Below, in pieces: positions 8,475 to 17,837 of a DNA stretch of 25,741 bases. Position 1 is the first letter of the stretch. Every line of letters starts with the position of its first letter. The notes below the pieces were generated by a model. That model saw nothing but the letters and a program-made list of their open reading frames with translations. It ran no database searches and was not told the DNA's origin. Source of the DNA: a virus (lineage: Duplodnaviria > Caudoviricetes); the IMG/VR virus record IMGVR_UViG_3300008629_000027, positions 1-25,741 of that record. One strand, 5' to 3'. The position numbers and the translations under genes are program-made.

Positions 8475-9209
8475 TCAGCCCTTCATAATCTTGGCCCAAG
8501 TGTTGGGACCAACAATTCCGTCTACCACGAGTTTGTTCGCCCGCTGGTACCGCTTGACTGCCCTAGTAGTCATTCTACCAAAGATGCCGTCCGGCGTTCC
8601 AGCATCGAAGCCAAGGTCACCCAACTTGCGCTGTAGGACACGAACCGCCTCGTGCCTGCTGCCCCTGCGGAGGGGGTTGGCACTAACGTAGGTCTCCAGA
8701 TCCTTGACGAACTTTGCGATGGCTGCCCAGTCCACCGTGGGCTCAACAGTGTCCTCGGGCTCGGGCTGGGACAACATCGCCGGGGCGTCGAACCACTCAG
8801 AGGAGCGGCGGGGCTGGTGGTGCCACCACTCTCCGTCAACAGTCGGATGGAGGCCGTACTCCTTGGCGATGTTGTTTATTTCCCACTTCTTGATGTCCCC
8901 CTTGAGACGATGGAAATCCACGGCGTAGCACCAGCCGTCCTCCTGCTGCATGTGCCAACTCCCCCGCCAGATGCCGCGACCGTCAAGGCCCTTCGGCCCG
9001 AAGCGCCGATCCGGGTTGGCAGCGAGGTTGCCCTTACCAGCACGGTACTTCTTGTAGAAGTACATCTGTTGTGCGTAGGAGCGGCACCCAGAGGACACGG
9101 ACACACGGCCCTTGATCCTCGGGTCCTCAAAGAACGCTTCCAGACGCTTCTTAAAGCGCGGATGAAGTAGGGACAGGTCAACCCTGCTACTGGTTGTTGG
9201 AATACTCAC
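8475..9209 (-). CDS. Peptidoglycan hydrolase: M15 (LAS) Zn-peptidase plus C-terminal PG-binding domain (endolysin-like), 244 aa
   Basis: LHPRF...SGCRSYAQQ...GSWH...YAVD...EWWH; C-terminal LRRGS...VRVLQRKL...DGIFG..T..AVKRYQ...VDGIVGPNTW (PG_binding_1). GTGA overlap with the spike gene. Confidence 0.88.
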   Translation of the reverse strand: MSIPTTSSRVDLSLLHPRFKKRLEAFFEDPRIKGRVSVSSGCRSYAQQMYFYKKYRAGKGNLAANPDRRFGPKGLDGRGIWRGSWHMQQEDGWCYAVDFHRLKGDIKKWEINNIAKEYGLHPTVDGEWWHHQPRRSSEWFDAPAMLSQPEPEDTVEPTVDWAAIAKFVKDLETYVSANPLRRGSRHEAVRVLQRKLGDLGFDAGTPDGIFGRMTTRAVKRYQRANKLVVDGIVGPNTWAKIMKG

Positions 9210-12043
9210 GATGCCTCCAATGTGGCTATCCTTGATTCGGCTACTAACAGTCTAGTACGTAAATCCTTTACGGTGTTGATCAGCAGACTCGTCACAGCAG
9301 GCCAGTACACTGAATCGGGCAGTGGGTCACCATCGTTGTTGTCACACAGCACCAAATACGGACTGACTGCGTGTGCGTCCTCTGCGATAAGACCGACGTG
9401 CGGGAACTCAGGTGCCGCTTTATAGGCAAATACCTTCGGTTCAAGAGAATCAATCGTGTCAAGTGACATCTGACTAGCAACCGTTTCGCTAGCGAGGGTC
9501 TTGTACCGCAGCGACGAGGTGTCCTTTTGCATCATGCCGAAGGATGCGTTGACGTTCAGGCCAGTACCGGCAGCAGCAGTCAGTGACTGTGGATAAATGT
9601 AACCGGACGAGTCAATGATAAGCCGTGCCGCAGCGTTAGTATACCCGTTTGTACTTCCGGTGGAGAATCGAATACCCCCACTAAGGGATACCGAGTTCAT
9701 AAGTTCTAGGTAATTGTTCTGCTGGCAAATCGCTGACTCTTGAATGCCTCCGTCCTGCTCAAAGATCAGACGAGGGTTGTCGTTTTCATTATTGTTGTCA
9801 GTGTCTGCCTCAATGATAACTTCGCAGTCGCCTGAAGTGCCTGAAGAGACATGCAGGTTGGCAGCCGGAGCATTACTCACACTGAATATGGAGCCCATGC
9901 CGATGTTGCCGCCGTTGTTGATACGCATCCGTTCAATACCGCCCTGTTTGAACTGGACAACATTCACGTCTCCATCGCCCCTGCTGCCACCACCCAGCCT
10001 GATCTCCCCACCCATTCCGACACCATCTGGAATGCCGCCCACCACACTCATACTGTAACCATTGTGGTTGCTACCCATTGCCAGAACAGAAGGCTTGAAC
10101 AGGAAGATACCGTCGCTGGAACCATCGGAGACAGACAGCGAATAAGAACTACTAGCAGTGGTGCCGATGCCTAAACTGTTGGCGCTTGGGTTATATGTAA
10201 GTCCAGCGTCTGCTAAAGGTTGTAGATTTCCACTTGTCCCAGTCGCAAATATTGGGTATCTAGTGGCATTGGCACTATTTGCCGCTACGCCTATGTACGT
10301 GGCGTTGGTGGCGTTGGTTGCGGAAGAAGCATTGCCGACTACGCTGCCGACCCAGCCAGCGCTACTGAAGTACCCGCGCTCAGAACCCCCGGTGCTAACA
10401 CCTATCTGGTCTTCGTTCTTACGGTATACGCCCGTGTCGTCGTCGCTGCTGAACGTCAACGACGGATCGCCAGCAGTGCCGTTGCCTAGCCGTACCTCAT
10501 TGGAGACGCTCACTATGTCGATGTACGCATACTCCCAGTGTAAACTGGAGGAACCAAGGTTGTATGTGGAACCTTGATACGGAAGAAAGTCACCGCTAGC
10601 GTTGAAGTAAGCACGGTACACCCCGTTAGACATGAAGTACGTGATGTTGCTGGACCCTTGGAACAGCATCTGTTCACCTTCACCGTTACCAACAATGAAG
10701 TCCTGCGGCCCGTCAATGCTGCTCCCCAGCGTCAGTACTCCCGTGAAGCGGCCCGTTCCTTGTACGTCCAACTTGTACGACGGGTTGGAGTTACCGACAC
10801 CAAAGTTTGCATTTGAGACATTGACACCAGCATCATTAATGGTCAGACCTGCCCCATTCGGATGGTCAGCCAACTGAAAGTCGATGGAACTAGTAGCGTC
10901 TGCGTGACCATATATCACGATGCCCGGTGCCCACGTTCCGGTGTGCATCTTTGGTGACCTAAGCACCATGTAGGAACTGGTACCACTCAGAGTGGCATTC
11001 ATATAGCCAGACGCATACCCGGAAGGTTCGCTGCTGACATCGAACTCAATCCGACCGCCAGCGCCATCCAAGGTGACCCTGTCACCAGAGGCGGCAGTCT
11101 GGAACAAACCACCCGTGATCGTCCCGGTGATAGCGAGATTCGAACCGTCCCACGTGAGTTTGTTACCACAGGAGAACCGTGAGGCTCCTCCAGACGTGCG
11201 CTCCATGACAACATCGCCGCCTGAACTGTTGTACGCCGGGGCGTTATCGGCATCAGCGTCGATCCCTATAGCCACACGACCACTGGACTCTGCGAGCATG
11301 ACCGCACGGCCACCACCAGCGGAGATGCGCTTGTTGCCCTGATCCAGTTCTATCTTGTGGGAACTTGTACCACCGGTCAACAGGCCCGTGGTGATCACCC
11401 AGCCCCCGACAGTCCCATCTACCCAATCATGGTCAGGTTGTGCAGCCGTACCACCGGAGGCGGCACCACTTACCACCGTGGAGGCTGCGGTGCCCCCGAT
11501 AACAGCAGTGCCGAGAATGGTTAGCGTAGAACCGTCCCACTGAAGGGAGCCGCTGGTACCACCAAGATAGAACTTACCGGTGTAGTCCATGTAGGTACGC
11601 CACCCGTCGGACCCGTTGGAGCCTGTGTGGTACCCCATGTAGGTGGAGCCCAAGTACAGGCCCGCAGATGTTGGGTGCCCTGCCCAGTCAGACAGGTCGA
11701 AGAGTGACTCCGATCCGCTGGGACCGAAGTTGTAGTTGGATGGGTTCACCTCGCCCACGTCAGCACGCACCGGGTTGTAGGTGGTGTTCAGCCAGTAGAC
11801 ACTGGTGTAGTCCTCGTCTTCCCGGCAGACCACGATGGAGGACCCGACGTTGGGGACCACCCAGTCGTTCTCAAAGGGGTGCGCCTCACGACCGAAGTAG
11901 GAGACCGGGACCGTCGTGTCCAGACCCGTCACCGACGGGATGATGACCTGAATCTCGCCCGTGGTGGTGCTGGAGTACTGGACGATGGCCCGGTGAATCT
12001 GGGACGTGGAGCCGTGTATCGAATCAGTTTGAGGAATAGACAT
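9206..12043 (-). CDS. Central spike/fibre fusion: gp5/gpV-like OB-fold N-terminus, long Gly/Ser-rich beta fibre, C-terminal S74 intramolecular chaperone, 945 aa
   Basis: N-terminal HRAIV...GEIQVIIPSVTG...VPNVGSSIVV; position directly after the hub; C-terminal SSLRYK...LEPKVFAYK...VGLIAED...LLINTVKDL coiled coil. Confidence 0.82.
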   Translation of the reverse strand: MSIPQTDSIHGSTSQIHRAIVQYSSTTTGEIQVIIPSVTGLDTTVPVSYFGREAHPFENDWVVPNVGSSIVVCREDEDYTSVYWLNTTYNPVRADVGEVNPSNYNFGPSGSESLFDLSDWAGHPTSAGLYLGSTYMGYHTGSNGSDGWRTYMDYTGKFYLGGTSGSLQWDGSTLTILGTAVIGGTAASTVVSGAASGGTAAQPDHDWVDGTVGGWVITTGLLTGGTSSHKIELDQGNKRISAGGGRAVMLAESSGRVAIGIDADADNAPAYNSSGGDVVMERTSGGASRFSCGNKLTWDGSNLAITGTITGGLFQTAASGDRVTLDGAGGRIEFDVSSEPSGYASGYMNATLSGTSSYMVLRSPKMHTGTWAPGIVIYGHADATSSIDFQLADHPNGAGLTINDAGVNVSNANFGVGNSNPSYKLDVQGTGRFTGVLTLGSSIDGPQDFIVGNGEGEQMLFQGSSNITYFMSNGVYRAYFNASGDFLPYQGSTYNLGSSSLHWEYAYIDIVSVSNEVRLGNGTAGDPSLTFSSDDDTGVYRKNEDQIGVSTGGSERGYFSSAGWVGSVVGNASSATNATNATYIGVAANSANATRYPIFATGTSGNLQPLADAGLTYNPSANSLGIGTTASSSYSLSVSDGSSDGIFLFKPSVLAMGSNHNGYSMSVVGGIPDGVGMGGEIRLGGGSRGDGDVNVVQFKQGGIERMRINNGGNIGMGSIFSVSNAPAANLHVSSGTSGDCEVIIEADTDNNNENDNPRLIFEQDGGIQESAICQQNNYLELMNSVSLSGGIRFSTGSTNGYTNAAARLIIDSSGYIYPQSLTAAAGTGLNVNASFGMMQKDTSSLRYKTLASETVASQMSLDTIDSLEPKVFAYKAAPEFPHVGLIAEDAHAVSPYLVLCDNNDGDPLPDSVYWPAVTSLLINTVKDLRTRLLVAESRIATLEAS

Positions 12044-13211
12044 GTGCCCTCCTCACCGAGGCTCGCCACTTTCCCGACCTGACCCTACCATCAGGGGGAG
12101 GGTCGTAGGAGTACATCTGGTCCTGCCCGAAGTACTCGTCCCCCACCGTGCTCCGTCCGAGCCCGAACTCCGTGACGAAGTGGCCCCGGTTGAACTGCAT
12201 GTTGACCTCACGGACCAGCCAGACCCCGTCGAACTCGGAGCCGAACCCGTCCACCCGCACAGCACTGCCGGGGATGGGGCCTGCCACTCCGGTAGTGGTG
12301 GCCTTGGCCACGTAGGCATCGGAGTAGGCTCTGGTGGCGGACAACTTGCGGCGGGCGTCCTTCAGGGACGTGGCCTCAATAGGGAGCACGTCCGTCAAGC
12401 CGGACGACACGGTCGTGCCGTACCGTGACGAGCCGCCCAGCAGGTCGCTGGTGGTGGCGGTCAGCAGGTTTCCGTCCTCGTCCAGCAGGCTCAACTGCTC
12501 GGCGTTGGACTCCCCGTAGGCGTGTGACGTGCCCATGGCCCCCTCGAACTCCATGATACGGCCCGGGGAGGCGTTGACCCCCACAGCGTCCTTGACCGTG
12601 GAGAGGCGGGCCGAGGGGGCCCCGTAGCGCAGTGCCTGTAGGGGGTTGTGTACGTGAATCTCCGTGCCGTGTACGTTGACGGCCAGACCGGACTGCTTGC
12701 ACGCACGGACCAGCGCCTCCCAGTCCGAGGTGCCCCGCTGGACCAAGCGGGGAAGGGTGGGAGTGTTGTCAGGACAAGAGTACGAGAAGTTGTGGGCAAT
12801 CGACAGGTCGTCCACCATCTGGGCCACCCGGAACTCGTTCCAGACACGGTTCCGCTTGCCCCGCATGACCGAACTGGCCCCCAGACAGTACAGGTGGGCC
12901 TCCTGAAAGAGGCTCCCATTGGCCTGACCGCTGGTGACCTTGTGGGACGGCTTGACGTGGTTGACGTACCCGCAGAACGTGAAACCGTCACCGTACGGGA
13001 CCCCGACCACGATACTGACCGGACGGTCGATGTACTCCGTAATGGACAGGGGCGAGATGCCCGCCAGAACCAGCGTGGCGAGGTCGTGCTCGTTCTCCCG
13101 CAGGTCGATGTCCACCCGTTCGATGGTGGTGTAGTCCACACCAACACCGTCGATGGACACGTCAACCGTGTGGGGAGAAGACTCCTTCTGCGGCCTGTTG
13201 ACTACCGGCAT
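12024..13211 (-). CDS. Baseplate hub (gp27 / late control D / VgrG N-terminal-like), 395 aa
   Basis: EHDLATL, FCGYV, LVQRGTSDWEALVR, PGSAVRVDGFGSEFDGVWLVREV motifs; lies between the LysM-like gene and the spike. Confidence 0.87.
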   Translation of the reverse strand: MPVVNRPQKESSPHTVDVSIDGVGVDYTTIERVDIDLRENEHDLATLVLAGISPLSITEYIDRPVSIVVGVPYGDGFTFCGYVNHVKPSHKVTSGQANGSLFQEAHLYCLGASSVMRGKRNRVWNEFRVAQMVDDLSIAHNFSYSCPDNTPTLPRLVQRGTSDWEALVRACKQSGLAVNVHGTEIHVHNPLQALRYGAPSARLSTVKDAVGVNASPGRIMEFEGAMGTSHAYGESNAEQLSLLDEDGNLLTATTSDLLGGSSRYGTTVSSGLTDVLPIEATSLKDARRKLSATRAYSDAYVAKATTTGVAGPIPGSAVRVDGFGSEFDGVWLVREVNMQFNRGHFVTEFGLGRSTVGDEYFGQDQMYSYDPPPDGRVRSGKWRASVRRAHVYSSN

Positions 13212-13213
13212 GC

Positions 13214-13465
13214 CTACGCCTCAGGGAGCCGGAGGCGGGTGCCCGCAGGGACCTCATCGGGGTAGGCGACCTGAGGGTTGACATCGGCCAGACGCCAGTA
13301 GAGGGACGGGTCCCCCAGATGCTGGGCAGCGATCTCCTGCATGGTCTGCCCGTCCATAGCGATGACCGTGTAGTACCGGCTGGAAGGGCGGGACTTGCGC
13401 TTGGTGACCGCCCTACCGTTGTCGTCAGTGGACTGGGTGTATCTAGAAGAGGGTGAGAGTGCCAT
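13214..13465 (-). CDS. LysM-like baseplate protein (P2 gpX / T4 gp53-like), ~83 aa
   Basis: SRY...DGQTMQEIAAQHLGDPSLYWRLADVNPQV.YPDEVPAGTRLRLP. Confidence 0.88.
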   Translation of the reverse strand: MALSPSSRYTQSTDDNGRAVTKRKSRPSSRYYTVIAMDGQTMQEIAAQHLGDPSLYWRLADVNPQVAYPDEVPAGTRLRLPEA

Positions 13466-13470
13466 GATAC

Positions 13471-15627
13471 CTACCACGGACCATACGTTGTTATGATGTC
13501 TCCGTCAGAGCCAATGCTGTGTATATCACCACCGGAGGCACGTAGCGTGTAGTACGACCAGTCGGTGGTTGACTCCCCGTTACTATCGAAGTGCAGCGCG
13601 GTTGACACACTGGTCAGCCACGGGTATTGCGCCGCTCGCCCAACCCCCTGCCCGGCCTCACTACCGCTAAACCCCGGTAGTACGATTATGTCTGCATCTG
13701 CAAGGGAAACAATGGTTTCTCGAACGATGTTCTCTGTACTGGACGATCTAGGGTAGACGTAACGAAGGCCGGTGTCGAAGACCTCAGACCCGGAATGCAT
13801 CAGCCTAGCCCGTACCGTGAGCATCCACTGATACTGAACTTCGTACGTAACGTCCTGTGCGCTGGATACTTTGTGGCTAAGTGTCAGCGTGGTAGGACAC
13901 GCATCGTAGGTGATGGGGTCATAGAAGCCCTGTGCCAACCAGAACTTCGTTTCGTCAGTCCTGATCACCCCCGAATCTGACCCCCACTTCACGCCTTCCG
14001 AACCCCCCTTGAAGGTGAGCCAACCGTATGTGCGGCTGCCGCTAACAGGGGGCCACAGTTCGATGTCTCCCGAGCCGAAGAAGAACTCCTTGGCGTAAGG
14101 GTTGTCCCCGTACTGTCCCTCATCCGAATCCCGTTCCATAACCGGGAAGGACTTCGTGTAGAACGTGCCGCTCTGACTCATCGTGTCCTCACCGTCATAG
14201 ACGACACGTCTACCACGCACAGGCGGGTCCACCCCCACAATGAACAGGTTCGTACGAGCGGTTGTTGACCAATCACCAAAGAAGTGGTCGTCCGTGTCGT
14301 ACGCCGACAGGTCCCCGCTCAGCAGATCGAAGTCCTCTGAAGACGTGGTCTTGAGACGGGCCCTCAGAGCCATGCCCACGTACATCTCAGCGCTCAGCCC
14401 GTCCCTAAGGGACGACCACTGGTCTGAATCATACAGTTCCAACAGCCTGTCTCCGAAGGCGCTATCAGACAGTTTAAAGAACGGGTGTAGCCGAATGCCG
14501 CCCTCTGGGGCTGCGATAATAGAACCAGTGGTGCGTACTGTAGAAGAGTCGGTCTTGATTTTGTTCAGTTTAGTACTGTCATCGTGGTCGATACCAAAGC
14601 GTGGCCGTGGCAGGGTTTCTCCAAGGTCAAACAGGTCTTTGACGATCCCGTCCTCCTCTGGGACGAGTTGGTCTGGACGTTCTTCCTTGCTGTAGTCCTC
14701 ATTCGCTGCAAGTTCCAAGAGAGTGGTGAAGGTGGTGTTCTTACGAGCAAACCCCTGATAGATGGCGTGCATGGAGATGTCCACGATGGCTACCGTGGGG
14801 ATCATCTCGGGCGAGAACTTCTGGTAAGAGACCGTCACGCTGTTGACGTAGCCGTCCACCATGAAGTTCTCGGAGAACACGGCCCGGATGGGATTCGGCA
14901 CGAGGAAGGCCGAGTTGTTGGCGTTGAGGCTAGTGAGATCACTGTGATCCAACCCAATCCTCTCCAGAGAATCCTCCAACTCAGCCAGAGTCTCTGTCCC
15001 CACATTGGCCTCTTCCGCTGTGACCACTCCAGCCTTCTTCAAACGCTCGTAGCGATCACGTGAGTACTCCACGGCCTGCTGTGTGATGCGCTGCCCAGTG
15101 ATCTGGTCCAGAACCATGATGTCTGCGATCACGCCCAAGCGCTCGGCCTTGGCGTCCTGAGACAGAGCGTCTAACGGCGTATCGTTACTTTCCAGTGCAT
15201 TGGGTGACCGCTGTGCCGTGGGAATGTCAGAGTGGCGCTTCCGCACCTCCGCCTCACGATTGAACAGCATGGTCCACCCGAACGACATGTCGCCAATGCC
15301 GGGCTGGAGCAACTGCGTGGGCGACTGATTGATCCACAACTGGGTGTCGGTACGAGCGGCAACAGAGCGGGTCAACTGGTTAGGGTTGAACTGGAAGTTC
15401 AGTTGGGCTCCAATGGAGTGCCGGTGTACCGACTCGTATGGAGTGCGGTGAGATGCGTTAGGGTTGTTATAGTCAAACACCTCGGTCAGCAGCCGGAGGT
15501 ACCCCCGCTGAATCAGGTTGTCGTGAGACTGAACCTTGGGGAAGTGGTCAAAGGGTGGGTTCACAGAACCACGTGAGCGAGTAGCCTCTCCGGTGCCGCC
15601 AGTGATGGCCATTTCACCTTGGGGCAT
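13471..15627 (-). CDS. Tail tube initiator-like protein (gp48/gp54, CIS-tube type) with ~400-aa C-terminal extension
   Basis: LNFQFNPNQLTRS, WTMLFNR, PIRAVFS..FMVDGYVNSVTVSYQKFSPEMIP; lies between the tape measure and LysM genes; GGAGG SD; ATG 15627 or GTG 15630. Confidence 0.75.
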   Translation of the reverse strand: MPQGEMAITGGTGEATRSRGSVNPPFDHFPKVQSHDNLIQRGYLRLLTEVFDYNNPNASHRTPYESVHRHSIGAQLNFQFNPNQLTRSVAARTDTQLWINQSPTQLLQPGIGDMSFGWTMLFNREAEVRKRHSDIPTAQRSPNALESNDTPLDALSQDAKAERLGVIADIMVLDQITGQRITQQAVEYSRDRYERLKKAGVVTAEEANVGTETLAELEDSLERIGLDHSDLTSLNANNSAFLVPNPIRAVFSENFMVDGYVNSVTVSYQKFSPEMIPTVAIVDISMHAIYQGFARKNTTFTTLLELAANEDYSKEERPDQLVPEEDGIVKDLFDLGETLPRPRFGIDHDDSTKLNKIKTDSSTVRTTGSIIAAPEGGIRLHPFFKLSDSAFGDRLLELYDSDQWSSLRDGLSAEMYVGMALRARLKTTSSEDFDLLSGDLSAYDTDDHFFGDWSTTARTNLFIVGVDPPVRGRRVVYDGEDTMSQSGTFYTKSFPVMERDSDEGQYGDNPYAKEFFFGSGDIELWPPVSGSRTYGWLTFKGGSEGVKWGSDSGVIRTDETKFWLAQGFYDPITYDACPTTLTLSHKVSSAQDVTYEVQYQWMLTVRARLMHSGSEVFDTGLRYVYPRSSSTENIVRETIVSLADADIIVLPGFSGSEAGQGVGRAAQYPWLTSVSTALHFDSNGESTTDWSYYTLRASGGDIHSIGSDGDIITTYGPW

Positions 15628-17834
15628 CACGACCTCCTAAGAGACCGCACGGCCTCGGACGTTTCGATCATTTGAATAACCTTCTGGGCCAACCTCTGTG
15701 CGTCGGCTGCGTCATTGCCCGTACCGTTCAGGTGGATGACCGGTGCGATGGTCACGCTGGCACCGGTCCCGGGGCTCTCGTCCCCCACACCCGAACGTAC
15801 ACGAGCGGCGTTGGCCATCTCGTACGTGCGGATGGCCTCAGGGATGTGCATGTCTCGGGTCATGTGTACGTTGCTGGCCGACCGCTGGGGGGCACTGGAA
15901 AGAGCAGACCCACCAGTGGACTGGCTCGTGGGACGAGCGGCGGTGGTGCGGGAAGAGGTCTGTGAAGGCTTACCGTGTGTGGCGTTGTACTTCGCCCGGG
16001 TCATTCCAGCAGGCGCAACGTGCCAGTCCTCGTCGGGAGCAGTGCGGAGACCAAACCTCGCTGCGTTGGCCTTGATCCACGGCCACGCAGACTCAGGACC
16101 CAGATCAGCCGCCATGCCCACCTCGTGCAGTGACGAGCCGGGAGGAGCGGCGTAACCCTTCGCCTCGCCCACAGCGTTGAGGGTGTAGCGCTTGCCCTCA
16201 AACTCTCGCTCGCCGTTGGGGTCCTCGTCGTGCCTCTCAAGGAACAGTTCACGCTGTCTCTGCACATCCCGAACACCGCTCGTGAGGGTCAGGTTGTGTC
16301 CCTCATCAGCAGCAGCGGCGGCCATACTCCTGAGGCTGCTCTGGAAGGACGCATCCATGCCGGGCTCGGTGATGTCAGGGGCCGGGTCGCCAATGGCGCC
16401 CAGCAGGGAGCCAACACCGGCAATGACCGCCCCAGCCGGTGTCGCACCAGTCAAACCCATCAGCATGCCCGCAACACCAGCAGTGCCACCAAGTAACCTA
16501 GTAACAGGGTGACCAGTGACGTTGATCTGTCCACCCACAATACCACTAAGTCTGTCTTCCAGCAGGCCAAAGGTCTTGATCAGAGCCTGCGTGTTCCGCT
16601 CCAACTGAGCAAAGTTGTCCACCTGCCTGCGATAGAACCGCTCTGCCCTCTCCGCCTCCAGCACGCCGGTCTTCTCTCGCTCAATGGCGTACTCGTTGTC
16701 CAAACCCATGCGGTTACGGTGGGCCTCGTTGGAAGGGTCGTACATACCCTTCCCTCCGCGCTCACGGTACTCGATGTTCTGCATGGCGTACTGGAGGACC
16801 ATGTCCTGCATGTCCATGGGCAGGCCGGTTCGTGCGAGGTTGGATCTGGTCATGGACCCGGGCTGGAAGGCCCCACGGACCATGGACTCGTTCGTGAGTC
16901 CCATTCGCTGAACCACGGTGCGGATAACGTCCATCGGGTCGCGGGCCTGACCGCCCGGGCCCCACAGGCCGGTGCCCAGCATGAGGGTCATCATGTTGGA
17001 GGAGCCGGGGGACCCCAGCGCCTCAATCATCCTCGTGGCGTCGGCCGTGGAATAGCCGAAGCCTGAAGCAACACGGATGCCCTCAACCCCAGACAGCATG
17101 GAGGCGGGGTCTATCCCCATGGTGGTCTGGAGTTTCAGCATGTCTTCGATGCCCTCAGGCCCGATCATGCGGCCCGTCAGGGGCTGACGCCACCGACTCT
17201 GGTACTGGAGTTGGGTGCCACCGAACATCTGACGGAACAGGAGACCGGTGCGGTCAGCAGTAAGGGTGTAGGGGGCCCTACCCTGAATGTTCTTGGCACT
17301 AGTTTGGAGTAGCCCAGTGAGAATGTCAGCGCCCGCAGAGATGGTGGCCGCCCCACCCCCTAGGTAGTTAATGAACTTCTTTACACGTCCTCCACCAGTG
17401 CTGTCACCAGTACCGTCACCAGAGGCTGGGGTCCCACCGGGGGGCGTGCCAGCGGGCGTGGGGCCCGGGGGGAGGTACCCGCCGGGCTTGGAACCGGAAC
17501 CCAGCATGTCCGGCATGGACTGGATGCCACCAGCAGCAGTGCTCCCGCCCGACGCCGTGAAGGTGCTCATCCCACCGCCAGCCTTGCCCAGTGCGCTGGA
17601 GAGGCCACCGACGGCCGTCTGGAACTGACGGGTGACCGCCAGTGCGGACGTGATCTCCTTCTTGAAGACACTGACGTTACGGTTCAGGGAACCGAACGCC
17701 CGGTTGAGTTCAACGAGACCGTTGGCATCGACAGAGAAGCGCGCCTTGGCAGAAAGGAACGCTTCCTTGTTCTTTTCGATGCCCCCAGCGGTGAGTTCGT
17801 CGTCGGGGTTATCTGGGTTGATGATCTCTGGCAT
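15627..17834 (-). CDS. Tape measure protein with an internal M15 Zn-peptidase domain, 735 aa
   Basis: Gly/Ala/Met-rich helical protein after the chaperone genes; TSGVRD..RQ..LF, AAPPGSSLHEVGMAADL (SxHxxGxAxD) and EDWH; typical C-terminal VTIAPVIHL..DAQRLAQKV. Confidence 0.87.
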   Translation of the reverse strand: MPEIINPDNPDDELTAGGIEKNKEAFLSAKARFSVDANGLVELNRAFGSLNRNVSVFKKEITSALAVTRQFQTAVGGLSSALGKAGGGMSTFTASGGSTAAGGIQSMPDMLGSGSKPGGYLPPGPTPAGTPPGGTPASGDGTGDSTGGGRVKKFINYLGGGAATISAGADILTGLLQTSAKNIQGRAPYTLTADRTGLLFRQMFGGTQLQYQSRWRQPLTGRMIGPEGIEDMLKLQTTMGIDPASMLSGVEGIRVASGFGYSTADATRMIEALGSPGSSNMMTLMLGTGLWGPGGQARDPMDVIRTVVQRMGLTNESMVRGAFQPGSMTRSNLARTGLPMDMQDMVLQYAMQNIEYRERGGKGMYDPSNEAHRNRMGLDNEYAIEREKTGVLEAERAERFYRRQVDNFAQLERNTQALIKTFGLLEDRLSGIVGGQINVTGHPVTRLLGGTAGVAGMLMGLTGATPAGAVIAGVGSLLGAIGDPAPDITEPGMDASFQSSLRSMAAAAADEGHNLTLTSGVRDVQRQRELFLERHDEDPNGEREFEGKRYTLNAVGEAKGYAAPPGSSLHEVGMAADLGPESAWPWIKANAARFGLRTAPDEDWHVAPAGMTRAKYNATHGKPSQTSSRTTAARPTSQSTGGSALSSAPQRSASNVHMTRDMHIPEAIRTYEMANAARVRSGVGDESPGTGASVTIAPVIHLNGTGNDAADAQRLAQKVIQMIETSEAVRSLRRS

Positions 17835-17837
17835 GGG

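Noticed and set aside
12491-13165. Alternative-frame minus-strand ORFs (also 20480-21085, 3784-4419)
   Set aside because: S/T/P/R-rich off-frame translations lying over clear structural genes.
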